A program made the position numbers and the translations under genes. Source: Felis catus (lineage: Eukaryota). From it: a DNA stretch of 64,000 bases. This document shows positions 12,619 through 24,924 of the stretch, piece after piece; positions within the stretch are counted from its first letter, which is position 1; each line of letters begins with the position of its first letter. Under the pieces are notes generated by a model. The model saw only the letters and a list, made by a program, of their open reading frames with translations, was not told where the DNA came from and searched no databases. The DNA lies in assembly GCF_018350175.1 (NCBI RefSeq), contig NC_058368.1:19222001-19286000 (forward strand), read 5' to 3'.

Positions 12619-12820
12619 ATTTTTTTAATGTTTATTATTTTTGAGAGAGAGAGAGACCAAGCAGGAAAGGGGCAGAGAGAGGGAAGCACAGAATCGGAAG
12701 CAGGCCCCAGGCTCTGAGCTGTCAGCACAGAGCCCAATGCGGGGCTTGAACTCACAGACCACGAGATCATGACCTGAGCTGTAGTCAGCCGCCCAACCGA
12801 CTGAGCCACCCAGGCGCCCC
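12619..12820 (-). mobile_element. CAN-SINE
   Basis: SINE body; aatatttgta on both sides. Confidence 0.93.
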
Positions 12821-12989
12821 AAGAAAATATTTGTAGATGAGAAACTATAACTTATAAGGTGTCATCTTAAAGGGTTTAATCTTCTATAGAATGAATTATC
12901 AGCCCCAAAGAGAAACATTTGCTGGGATTTGACAATGAATAGTTTACTGGTTAATAATGGCTCATCAGGGAACCAAGTAGACTCCTTCG

Positions 12990-13370
12990 TTTATTCACCC
13001 ATCCATTTGTTCATGACTTTCATTCACTGGCCAAGCACTTACCAAGCATCTACTGTGCCCAACAGTGCTAGGCATTGAGGATATAGACACAAGAAGGAGA
13101 CCATCCCAGCCCACATGGAGTTCACAGGCTTGGTCAAGTAGGGCAGATTAAGTATACAAACTACCAAATAGAATACACCCGGGGAGGATTCACTGACTGG
13201 GTTAACATGAGTTTCAGAGGTGAAATAAAGAACAAATGGCTCTTACTGCCTCAGAAGAGAGGCCTGGGATGTGTGCTAAGGAACGAATGATTCAGAGACA
13301 ATGGAAGATGAAAAGAAGATGAAAGCTATAGTCCAGACAAAACTTGGTGAAGGCCTGAATCACGTGGGTA
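12990..13370 (-). mobile_element. L2 3' fragment
   Basis: ttcattcact...aagcatctactgtgccc...gtgctaggcattgaggata resembles the antisense L2 3' end. Confidence 0.7.
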
Positions 13371-14744
13371 CCCATGGGGATAAAGGAGGAGAAAAATGGA
13401 TAAATCTGGAGGAGGCAGAAGAGGTTGGACTTCATGCCTAGATGATTGTGAGCCTCAGAGCCGGGGGGAGGAGTTTCCTGGACAGTTGAAGACAAGTGCT
13501 CCGGAGGTCAGGATAAAAATTCAACATGAGTGTGAGAAATGGAAAATAATTTTAATAGCGCACCTTTACTCATATCTTAAATCGTAAGCTGCCTCCCCCC
13601 ACCCTTTCCCTCTCCTGGAGATCTCCGTTTTGTTTGCTCTGGCGTGTGAACCTATTCTTCCTGCCAAGTGAGTCAGTCTCAGAGTTGTGCTGACATGTAT
13701 TAAATTTCCTGTAAAAGTAAGAAACTAGTATGTCACATCTCTCTCTTTCACACACACACACGCACACACACACACACCCCACATACACCATACACATTCA
13801 AACCCACAGAGACACAGGGACATGTACATAGAAAAAGTATAGTGTCATTTGTAGAAAATGACAAAAACAAACACACGAAATGATTGCTCCTACAGCAGAA
13901 GAGCCATCTTGCACAGATAACAAACCCCAAGAAATTCTGCTTGTTACCCTTAAGTGTTCTTCCATCCTGGAATAGAAGGTGAGCTTTCCTGCAGGTATTT
14001 AAATCTTGATGCATACTGACCTGTTTGGAATGATTTTCTAAGTGTTTTTTTCAGTTCTATTATTTTATACAAAAGATTAGAAATCTGGAATTTCTGTTTT
14101 CGGTAGTTTCTGTTTTCAGTCTTTTAATTTCCACTGTGAACCCAGCTCTGTTTTCACTTCACATCCATATGTTTAACTGCATCCACCCCTAACACAGAGG
14201 ATAATGATACATACCCAGTGAGGGTGTGACTGCGAGAAGCAGATTGCCATGACCCCATAAATCAGCTCAGACATCTGCTGGGGGCACCTTGAGAGGGAGA
14301 GAAAGGGAGGAGAGCTGAACTCACGAGGAGCACCTTCCCTACGGACACAGTGGATCAAAGGCCGGAGAAAAATGAAACTTTCTAAATTCTGACTCGCTTA
14401 TGAAACTTGTGTGATTTCTAATTTTCATAGTGGTAAGCAGAAAGAATTTAGATGTGTATATTTGAGTCCTATTGAGATTCTCCCAGCCTCCTTCTCCATA
14501 TCTTCGTCTGTGTCCACAGCATCTCTGCCTACAGCTGTACCCTTATTCACACTCAAATCCACTCCTGTATCTTCTCATCTGCCTACTGCCTCATCCCAGC
14601 AGTACGAGTAGAGCGGACAAAGAAAGATTGGGACTCACTGCAGGCAATGCAGGCTGACTAGGACAAGCTCAGCAAGGACACACTCCACCTACCTTTACAC
14701 TATATTTCCAGGAACGCTTATAAAGGGCTCAAGTCACATTGTTT

Positions 14745-15029
14745 AAGAAGGCACTTGCTGGGAGGAGCCCTGGGTGTTATATGCAAGTGATGAATCACTG
14801 GGTTCTACTCCTGAAACCAATACTACACTGTTTTTTAAAAAATGCTTATTTACTTTTGAGAGGGAGAACCCAAGCTGGGGAGGGACAGAGAGAGAGAGGG
14901 AGACAGAGGATCTGGAGCAGGCTCTGAGCTGTCAGCACAGAGCCCGATATGGGACTCGAACTCATGAGCCGTGAGATCATGACCTGAGCCAAAGTCGGAT
15001 GCCTAACCGACTGAGCCACCCAGGCGCCC
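14745..15029. mobile_element. Short L1 3'UTR piece (+, ~14745-14830) abutting a CAN-SINE (-, ~14830-15029)
   Basis: gagccctgggtgttatatgcaagtgatgaatc matches L1 3'UTRs elsewhere in the window; SINE body follows. Confidence 0.85.
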
Positions 15030-15069
15030 CTAGATAAATAAACGCTTTAAAATAGACATAACCTAAGAG

Positions 15070-16080
15070 GTTTATATCAAAAGGTCTTGGTTCATGAGTG
15101 TCCTTGGAGGAGTGCCTGATTCTAGGGCTGGGGTGGGAGAAATCTAATTGAGCCTGGAAAACCTTGTGTCTGAAAATAAGGAAAGACTGAAAACAGCAAC
15201 CCCACGATGATAAGGCATGATAAACGATGCAGGAGCCAATCTAAAGGAGTTCCCAATGGCCAAAGGTGGAGCGATTTGGGCAACAAAATAATGACAGTAT
15301 AACCTACAGAATAAAATAAATATCCACAAGTTCATACATATCAATATAACTACTCTACAAAGTTACTAGTAGGTGAGCATCACAAGAATATTTGTTGCAG
15401 GCGAGATCTATCCGATAGATATACGAAAATCTGTGAGTGGAAGTCTGAGGAAAAACAAGATATGAGCATAGTCTCCATGCATCTCCTCCAGGTTATTTAT
15501 CAATTACAAAGGGAAAAAATTATAAGCCGACAGTGGAGACACCGCCTCGACCAAGTGACCAAGGTTAACATCACCAGTAAGAAGACATAACAACAGTGTG
15601 TGCTTTCTGAAAAGATGCACTGAGAAGGACATTTCAACTCTGTGGTAGTCTTACCAAAAACATATAGCCTCAGTCTAATTGTAGGAAAACATCAGACAGA
15701 CCCCAATGAGGGGTATTCTACAGAATACTTGACCAGTACTCTCCAAAAGTGTCAAGGTCATGGAAGGCAAAGACCGAGAAACTCTCCCAGATTGGAAGAA
15801 ACTGAGCAGACATAACAACTAAATGCAGTATGAGATTCTGGATTCAATCCCAGAATGGTAGACAAAAAGACACCAGAGGGAAAACTGATGAAATTCAAAT
15901 AAGGTTTGAGTTTAATTAATAGTACTATAACAATGCTACTTTTCTGGTTTCGATAATCAAACTGTGGTTGTATAATTGTTACCATTCAGGGAAGCTGGAT
16001 GAAGGGTATACTTGAACTCCAGGTGCTACTTTTAAAACTTTTCTATAAATCTAAAGTTATTTAAAATTAGAAGTTCTAAT
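15070..16080 (+). mobile_element. L1MC-like 3' region
   Basis: ggagttcccaatggccaaag...caacaaaataa, accaaggttaacatcaccagtaa, and an L1M-type tail. Confidence 0.75.
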
Positions 16081-16344
16081 TTTTAAGAGCTTAGTTCAAA
16101 TATCTGCTCCAAACCTTTATTAGTTCCATGACCTTCCTGGGCCTCATTTTCCTTACTAAACAGGAACTTAGGATGGATGGTCCCCAAGCCCATTCTAGAG
16201 AACTATAGAGTTGCAGTCTGCCTTCCCTTCCTTCTGCAGATCAAATGACCATTGATGATCAGTTGCTGAAAGGAAGAATCCTGAAAACAGTCACGAAATG
16301 ATCATTGTAGGTCATCTATCTCTTCAGTTCAAGCTTCCAATTTA

Positions 16345-16570
16345 TTTATTTTTTTTTAATTTTTTTTTTCAACGTTTATTTATTTTTGGGACAGAGAGAC
16401 AGAGCATGAACGGGGGAGGGGCAGAGAGAGAGGGAGACACAGAATCGGAAACAGGCTCCAGGCTCCGAGCCATCAGCCCAGAGCCCGACGCGGGGCTCAA
16501 ACTCACGGACCGCGAGATCGTGACCTGGCTGAAGTCGGATGCTTAACCGACTGCGCCACCCAGGCGCCCC
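16345..16570 (-). mobile_element. Young SINEC_Fc
   Basis: TSD tcaagcttccaattta; CpGs intact. Confidence 0.97.
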
Positions 16571-17344
16571 TCAAGCTTCCAATTTAAGGCAAAATTATAC
16601 AGCACTGGAGAATTGTTCCCAGCTTGTTAGGGGTAAGGAGCTGCTTTCCTAGTTATGCCAAGAGGTAACTTACTGGCCCAAAAGAATTACTAAGAAAGAG
16701 AATTCTGGTCTAGAAGAAAACCTAAACCAGTTAGAGGTTTGTTTTGTTTTGTTTTGTTTTCAGTTATTAAAGAATAGTGGAATCATGAGGAGTCATTTTG
16801 CTTCAAAGTTTCTTGAATGTCATCATTGTCTTTTTAGAATTAACAATACATCTGGGGAAAAAAAATGCTTGTACTTGTAATGGAGAAGCATATTGTTGAA
16901 ACTCGCCACCTCTCTAATCCTAGCATCTAGGGAGAGTGTCCCAGGAATGCTTTGGCAGTTAAAAAATAAATCAGCTTGGCAGAGTTCATTTCCCTCGACA
17001 CCCTCCCACACACCCACAGATGCATTTCTCTTGACCACTACGGACATTCCATGCTCTCTTTTTCCAACAGTATCCGCCTCCCTGTTCTCATTCTCCTGTG
17101 GGCCCTTTATCCCTGCAGATACACGGCTTCTAATTCAGGCATGAATCTGAGCTCAAGGATACAATGCCTCAAACTAGAAGAGATCGCCTTTTCATGGTGA
17201 TTTCCAGGTTCGGCAAAGTTTTCTTTAGCTGCTGACAATCAGAAATTTTCATCCTCTTTATTTATCCACTTTTTGCTCTCATTTCGAAGTTCCACTCATT
17301 AAGTTTCTCCTTCAATGCAAAAAACAAGTATTTTGTTGTTGTTG

Positions 17345-17458
17345 TTGTTTGTTTAAGATTTTATTTTAAATAGTCTCTACACTCAACATGAGGCTGGAAC
17401 TTACAACCCCAAGATCAAGAGTTGCATGCTCTACTGACCGAGACAGCCAGGTGCCCCC
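17345..17458 (-). mobile_element. Short CAN-SINE (SINEC2-like)
   Basis: ctctacactcaacatgaggctggaacttacaacccc...ccaggtgcccc. Confidence 0.85.
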
Positions 17459-18013
17459 AACAAGCGATTTTAATACTCCACCCCACGTGGTACAGTTTCT
17501 AACTGTCATAGGAAGTTGAGTTTGTTTTTTAAAATTTCCTGGAAAATTTTTGCAGTCAAATCTCTGGAGAGTAGAAATCACCCAGAAAACTTGCTAGAAG
17601 CCCATTTAGAATGATTCACTTTCAGAAAAACTAGCAAGACTTTTCATGGGCCTTACCCTATGGAGTGCTCACAACCATATGCCCCAAGGAAAGCACATGT
17701 TTTCAGAATTACTCAGCATTGTTACAGCAGTAATGAAATTACATGTTGGTGGTAATCGTGTTAAGTCAGTACTTGTTGGGATTACATGACCCCTTTTCGT
17801 GTAGAACTCCACTCACCTATTTCACAGTAGTCATCTACTCAAAGGTGGCTCCTCTGCCACCAGTCCTGGCTCTAGCAGGGAGTGGCTTTAATCCCTGACC
17901 GGGTTAGTCCACATATCTGAAAGATTTATCCTTTCAAGCACCAAAACAAAAATATTAAAGTATTCTCTATAGAATGTTCATGTATTTACCCATCCTTGCA
18001 CTTAAAGTATACT

Positions 18014-18241
18014 GGGGCGCCTGGGTGGCTCAGCTGGTTAAGCATTCGACTTGGGCTCAGGTCATGATCTCACAGTTGGTGAGTTCGAGCCCCACATTGG
18101 GCTCTGTGCAGACAGCTTGGAGCCTGGAGCCTGCTTCGGATTCTGTGTCTCCCTCTCTCTCTGCCCATCCCCAGCTTGCACTCTGTCTTTCCCTCTCTCT
18201 CTCTCAAAAATAAACAAACATTTAAAAATTTTTAAAAATAA
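18014..18241 (+). mobile_element. CAN-SINE
   Basis: SINE head, body and tail. Confidence 0.95.
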
Positions 18242-18645
18242 TAGAGTATACGGCATATAAATTAATATTTCTGGATGAGCCCTATTTTAATGGGACATGT
18301 ATAGCATGTCTGGTTTTGTTTCAATTATTCTAAGCCCACAATCTTTTGAATTTCTAGGTTATGCTTTTCATTTTTCTTTTTCTCCTTCACTGTCAAGGTG
18401 TTAGCCTACTCATTGTTACCAATGTGCTGGCCTATGTACTTTTCAGCTACTTCTAATCTGGTGTAAGCTTAAGAAGGAAATATCTGGGATCATAATGTTG
18501 CATATAAAATATAAAGCCAGAGGGAGACATAACCTCTTACGTTATTAACATACATGAGCTTTGAGTATGATTCGGAAGAAGTGAAAGAAGCTAGAAAGAA
18601 ACTAAAATGATGCACTGGACTTGATTATTGAAAAAGTCTCCTTTA

Positions 18646-18875
18646 GGGGCGCCTGGGTGGCGCAGTCGGTTAAGCGTCCGACTTCAGCCAGGTCACGATC
18701 TCGCGATCCGTGGGTTCGAGCCCCGCGTCAGGCTCTGGGCTGATGGCTCAGAGCCTGGAGCCTGTTTCCGATTCTGTGTCTCCCTCTCTCTCTGCCCCTC
18801 CCCCGTTCATGCTCTGTCTCTCTCTGTCCCAAAAAAATAAATAAACGTTGGGAAAAAAAAGAAAAGAAAAGAAAA
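18646..18875 (+). mobile_element. Young SINEC_Fc
   Basis: TSD aaaaagtctccttt. Confidence 0.97.
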
Positions 18876-18914
18876 AGTCTCCTTTGAACGGCCTACAAAA
18901 ATATGAGATTTTAA

Positions 18915-19096
18915 CATTCTTTCATTGAGGTATATTTCATATACAATAAAATGCATAGATCTTCAGTGTATACTTCTGTAAGTATTCGACACATGAATAT
19001 ACCCATGTGACCCCGTTACTCAAAGCAAGATGTAGAGCATTTTCGTCACCCTGGAAGCTCCCTTGTATCCTTTCAAGCCAATGTCCCTCTTCCTGT

Positions 19097-19149
<53 letters not shown>

Positions 19150-19490
19150 GAGGCAGCAGGTGTTCTGATTTCTATTGCTATAGATTCATTTGCCTACCCT
19201 TGAACTTCTTGTGAATGGAATCATACAACATATACTTTTCTGTATTTGGCGTCTTTAGTTCATTATAATGTTTTGGAGGTTCAGTTTGTTGCATATAGTC
19301 ATGGTTCATTTGTTTTTATTGTTGAATATTAATCCATTGCACAGATATAGTACAATTTGTCCATTCTTCTGTTGATGGAATTTGGAATTCTAATTTGGAG
19401 TTCTAATAAGTAAAGCCTTATGAATATTTAAGTATAAGTATTTTTGAAGGCTTATATTTCTATTTGTCTTGGGTAAATACTTAAGAGTGG
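18915..19490 (-). mobile_element. Ancient L1M 3' end containing a (CA)n microsatellite at ~19099-19146
   Basis: ttgaggtatatttcatatacaataaaatgcatagatc resembles the antisense L1M 3' end. Confidence 0.8.
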
Positions 19491-19491
19491 A

Positions 19492-19764
19492 GGGTTTGTT
19501 TTTGTTTTTGCTGTTGGGGGGGGTTGTTGTTTTTTCCCCAACACAATTTATTGTTAAATTGGCTTCCATACAACACCCAGTGCTCATCCCAACAAGTACC
19601 CTCCTCAGTGCCCATCACCCATTTTTTCCCCTCTCCCCCACTCCTCCATCCACCCTCAGTCTGTTCTCTGTATTTAAGAGTCTCTTGTGGTTTGCCTCCC
19701 TCCTTCTCTGTCACTAATTTCCCCCCTTCCCTTCCCCCATGGACTTCTGTTAAGTGTCTCCAGA
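19492..19764 (-). mobile_element. Short felid L1 3'UTR insertion
   Basis: caacacccagtgctcatcccaac motif; TSD ttaagagtgga at 19481-19491 and 19765-19775. Confidence 0.9.
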
Positions 19765-20557
19765 TTAAGAGTGGACTTTTTTTAATAGGCCCAATCTTAC
19801 CACTTATTTTTGTGTTTATATATATACATGTTCATCCCTTAAATGTTATTGCTTGGCTTTTAAGTTTTAGAATTAACCTGCAGAGAAAACAAGTAAAACA
19901 TAACTACAGTTCTAGAGAAAAGAGTGGAGAAATGAGCAGGTGGGTAAAAGGAACACCACACGTGAGGGCCCCAGGGAGGAAACTATTTGATGTACTTGAG
20001 GATCTGACTGAAGGGCATGTGGCTGGGGCCTAACGTTGGAAGGAACAGTGGTAGATGAAGCTGATGAGGAATGACTTGGGTTAGATCATGCAGTTTAGCA
20101 GTCTGCATTTAAGCATGCTGGATTGTATCTTAAGTGCGTCCAACCAATGATTTTCGGAAGCCAAGTAATATGGTCCATTGTTCTCCACGGAAGAGACGGA
20201 AGTGTAAAGGGAAAAGAAGACAGATTTCCAGCAGTAAAGTTCTGGGGAGATGGGCATGGCCTTCATTAGCTATAGATGGAGAAATATGGGCATATGTGAG
20301 ACATAATTTGGAGGTAGAATTTGAGCTCATGGCACCCACCCAATGAATTTCCAAGTAAAAAATAGAATAAAGTTAAACAGATTTCCAAGGACTACTTTTG
20401 AAATCTTAAATTTATCACCTTTTTGGTAGGGGCTTATTTTCTGTGAGTCATTAAAAGGTATTTCCAGGACAGCTAAAAGAAATGAGACTAAAGAGAAAAG
20501 CTAAATGAAAAGCCCTCTCTCCATATTAATAAGCGTTTCCCAATCTTCCGATGGTTA

Positions 20558-20742
20558 AGCATTTTTCAAAGTCAGTCACCTGTTCACTTGTATCAGAGGC
20601 AGTTGGGGGTTATTAAGCGTGCATTCCCGGGTTCTACCCTAGATCTATTGAATCTCAGTCTCAAGGAGGCTAGGGATGGGGATTTGCATTTTAAGCTAAT
20701 TCCCAAGAAGATTATGATTCCCAGACATTTTGAGAAGTACTG
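20558..20742. mobile_element. MER5-like hAT DNA transposon remnant
   Basis: tttttcaaagt...gcattcccggg...tgaatc...tttgcattttaa...ttttgagaagtactg pattern. Confidence 0.6.
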
Positions 20743-21319
20743 CTGTATGCTTCCCCAAAGCAGTAACAGCCACCATTCCGTACTAGCCTGAATCCCTTTT
20801 GCTGTTGGATGAGTGGGATATAGGTAGATCTTGATGAGTCCAAACTCTTACACAGTAATATTGGAGAAGAGCATCTCAGATAAATGAGGGGAACTACTGA
20901 CAGAAGCAAACATTTAGAATCACTTTTCCCAGCATAGAATATCTAAAAAATGCTACTGCAAAAAAAAAAAAATCTAAATATGCTACCGCAAAAGGCATAT
21001 TTTTAAACGCTACATTGGGATAAAAATGAAACAACTAGTAAGAGGACCAGAAAGTACTAGAAAACAAATCCAAAGGAAAGGCTAATGTTTGTGCTGATCC
21101 TGGTGGCTGGAACATCCAGGGAGCCAGGAAACAAAGCCTAAAAACTGAGCAGGTAAAAGTCAAACTGTATCCCCACATAAAGTCAGGTGGAAGAGGACAG
21201 CTCAGTGAATGAATCATATCATCCACCACACTACGGTTAGATGTGAGTCTTTTAGAAGGGAATATTGTGAGCCCTTCCGGGGGCAAGACTCCTTAGACAC
21301 CACTCCAGAAGTCACACAT

Positions 21320-21800
21320 CAGGGAGGCAGGTATAACACAGTGGCTAAGAGTGTGAACTGTGGAGGAAATTGCCAGGGGTATGAGCTTGACTCCATATTT
21401 TCTTTTTTTTAATTTTTTTTTAACGTTTATTTATTTTTGAGACAGAGAGAGACAGAGCATGAACGGGGGAGGGTCAGAGAGAGGGAGACACAGAATCTGA
21501 AACAGGCTCCAGGCCCTGAGCTGTCAGCACAGAGCCCCACGCAGGGCTCAAACTCACGGACCGCGAAATCATGACCTGAACCTAAGTCGGCCGCTTAACC
21601 GACTGAGCCACCCAGGCGCCCCAACTCCACATTTTCTTAATGTGACCTTGCACAAGCTCTTTAACCTCACCGGGTCTCAGTGTCCTTGTCTGGAGACATG
21701 TAGCTCACAAAATTGGCATAAAATTAAATTATTTAATACATGTCAAGTGCCTTGACCTGTGCCTCACACATAGCAAACTCTCCACAGATATTAGCTGGGA
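21320..21800 (+). mobile_element. MIR interrupted by a CAN-SINE (-, 21402-21622)
   Basis: MIR head gcaggtataacacagtggctaagag; near-TSD actccatattttct / actccacattttct. Confidence 0.85.
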
Positions 21801-23529
21801 TTACATGCACCGGTGCCCTCACAGCAAATGCCAAGCAGACTAGTTACTCTTTGGACTTACTTAACCTTTTAATGCCCACATCACACACACACATCACACA
21901 CACACATCACACACATTTAATGCCCACATCACACACTCTAGTATTTGGAAATCCAAACAGTGGTCCCTATTTCTCATAGAAACATTGACGAGTTATTTCT
22001 TTAACATTCTAGAACACTATAATAAGTATAAATAATATATGGCCTCACAGCTACTTCTCCATAGATGTGTGATTCCACATGTTAATTTCAGGACCTAGCT
22101 TATTCCAACTGGATCCAGCCCCTCCCTCTTGTGTTCCACTCTCATCTCCTGCCTTTGGCCGGTCACTGCCAACTCCAGACTCTGCCTCAGCATGGCTTCC
22201 AGCCCGTCCAAAACGCAATCATTCCCCAGTTTTGCTGCTGCTGTTTCTTACCAAAGATTGGCTTCTTTAATGCTTCCCGACATTTTGCTTTGCCAAAGCC
22301 TCTATTACTTCAACACAGAGACAACAAACAGCTGTTGATTTTTATAGTCACCACACCCTCTTGAACGCTAGAAAACAAATTCCCTGAAAGCAAACTTTGT
22401 ATTTTAAAATTGTTCTTAAATGAAAAAAACCTTCTTTCACTTGCGTTGAGTCTTATTGAGTGGGTCATAAATTTTAAACTAAGTAGTAGGACTTTGGATA
22501 GGTTTTGCTAACACTATCAGTACATCCTGCGTTATATGTATCTATTGATTATTCACCAATGTCATAGGCTGGAAATGAACGTTGAAAAATGAAAAGTGGT
22601 GTTACGGATCTGTGACAGCCCTTTTCTTCTTCAAAAGTGCCTTTAGTCTTAAACTAGATTTGAAATATATGGAAATTAAGTTAAAATTCCTCATTAACAA
22701 ATTTCCTCTTTTGACTCAAATAACTTTCAAACAATTATTATTTATTACTTTTGAATATCGCCTCACGGAGCCTCAGAATCAATTGGTCTTTACAGTTAGG
22801 TCAAGCAAACTTCCTTTTCATAATGTTACATTTTACAACTGTGATCAAGGAACCCATAGCAAGTTCTGCTACCTCTTGTATTTTGGAACGAATTTTTCCC
22901 GTAAAATGTCAGACTTGAAATTTAAATCTTTTTCCTGACTTGCAATAACCAAAGTTTAATCTAATGAATAAGGGTGACAAGTTACTGACAACACAACACA
23001 GAAGCAATAGAACTGTCTCCTAATAACAAATGGCTCAAAACAAAGTCCAACCTACATAAAACATTGCTCTGCCTTGATCTTCTTGAACAAGAAGTTCTCG
23101 TTGGAAAGCCTTCACTATAAAGACTGTGCTAGAAGGACATCTGGACTCACAGTGGCAGAGTAGAAACAGATGATGACTGTGCAGAAGGAGAGCTGTGGCA
23201 CTTTGACAGCCCAGAGCTGCTCACTCCACGTTTTTTCCCCCTTGTTCTTCTAATCTAACAGGAAATCATAAATAATTAGGAAAACAAGGATATTGTTTTA
23301 AATGTCTCCATCTAATTAGCTTCAAAAATATTTTCTTGTTCTAAAACTCTCCAAAGAAATTGTACATTTGTATCACGGGGTGTCATAGTAATAAAGCATT
23401 GAATGTCAATCAAAGTATCAAGATCATGTTCTCGTCTTTATCCTATGAATATTTTGTTAGATTTTGAATGCAGGCTAGTGCTTACTTTGCTACATCCCAC
23501 CACCCTTACCCCACCTTAGATAAAAGGCA

Positions 23530-23780
23530 AATAGCTACAACATAGTTTATTGTGCGTATGTGAACTTTGGAGCCTGACAGCCTGGGTTCAAATCCTGACT
23601 CAGCCACTCACTAATTGTGCTCTTGGGCAAACAAGTTATTTAACTTCTTTGTACCTCACTCTCTTCATCTGTAAGCTGAGAAGAATGCCTTCTAGGGTCG
23701 ATGTATGAATTAAATAATACATGTAAGCACCTACACACGGTGTCAGCACATAGTAGGCACTCACTAAATGTTAGCTGTCT
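23530..23780 (+). mobile_element. MIR
   Basis: actttggagcctgacagcctgggttcaaatcctgactc...cacatagtaggcactcactaaatgttagc. Confidence 0.85.
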
Positions 23781-24515
23781 TTAGTTTAAGACCTTACACA
23801 GACCTTTCTTGATGCTGATGATTTCTAGATTATGAAATTCCTATCCTTGTCAGTGCCCAGTGTGATGGGAAATCATGTGCTGCCTCAGGGACCTGTGGAA
23901 TGGACTGGCCAACAGTGAATCTTCCTCAGCCATAGTGATGGTTGTTGTGACCTTGAGCAAGTCCTTTCTCTGGGAGTCTCCCACGGCCATGCAAATTCAA
24001 TGAGTTGCCTTACACCTATGCACCCAGGCTGCTACACAGAGCTCACACAGTAAGCAGTTCTTGACTGGAAAGATGCATATCTGTGAGATCCTCTGGAAAT
24101 TACTCATAGCAAGCCCTTCTTTTCTAAGTTCCCACAAGTTACCGCCATCAAAAAAGCTCTTCAGATAAATTAGATAAAGAAACAGTACCCAATGGTTCTG
24201 AAAGCTTGGTTAAACCAATTTTGAACACTAAATTCACAGTAGGCAAGTTTGGCGCCCAAAGGATGTCTCCCTCTGGTTTCTGCTTCCTGTAAACCAGGGG
24301 TTCCTGCCTGGAGGGAGTCTCACCAGTTATGTAAATGAGTGAAGCAAGCTAAAAGAGAGTGTTAGGAATTGTGAAAACGTGGATTGTAGAGGCACCAATA
24401 AAAGCATTCTATTTAAAACTTTTTGTCTAAAAATTATCTGTAGGCCAAAGTTAATCCTCAGGCAACCAGACATCAACTTTTGTGGTTGTTTTTGAATTTG
24501 TATCGCTAGCCAAAT

Positions 24516-24842
24516 TGTAGCAAGATTCTCACACAGAGAGACGGGACACTGAGGCTCTTCTTTCCAGAAAGCAGCTTTATCCATGGCAGCATGGGCTTAG
24601 CCGGCTAAGACCCCAAAAAGGCTGAGCCCCGAGTGCAAGGGGGTGTAGCCTTTTATCCAATTTCTATTTCTTTGTCTCCTGTATCTGGTGACACATATAG
24701 TCTGATTGGACACACTCCAAGTTACAGAGTCGTGTCAGGGTTCTGCTTAAGTGTATAGGAGTTGATTGGGCCACGTGGCAGGTTGCCTTCCTTTGTTCTG
24801 AGAAAGCCTCCATCACGTTCTTTAGGGAGGGGCTCTACCACA
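24516..24842 (-). repeat. 3' LTR (327 bp)
   Basis: Direct repeat of 32348-32670; preceded on the minus strand by PPT AAAGGGGGGAA (24843-24853); CCAAT boxes at 24704-24709 and 24764-24769. Confidence 0.95.
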
Positions 24843-24924
24843 TTCCCCCCTTTGATGCTCAGACCTCGCATTTTGGGTCAAAGAGCATCATCTTGGTTTA
24901 GGGGTTTCTATTTCCATAACATCA

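Noticed and set aside
14271..14288. CTCF-like motif catctgctgggggcacc
   Set aside because: Only a partial match to the core; not supportable without matrix scoring or ChIP data.
19524..20033. 169-aa ORF
   Set aside because: Antisense read-through of an L1 3'UTR into flanking and L2-like sequence.
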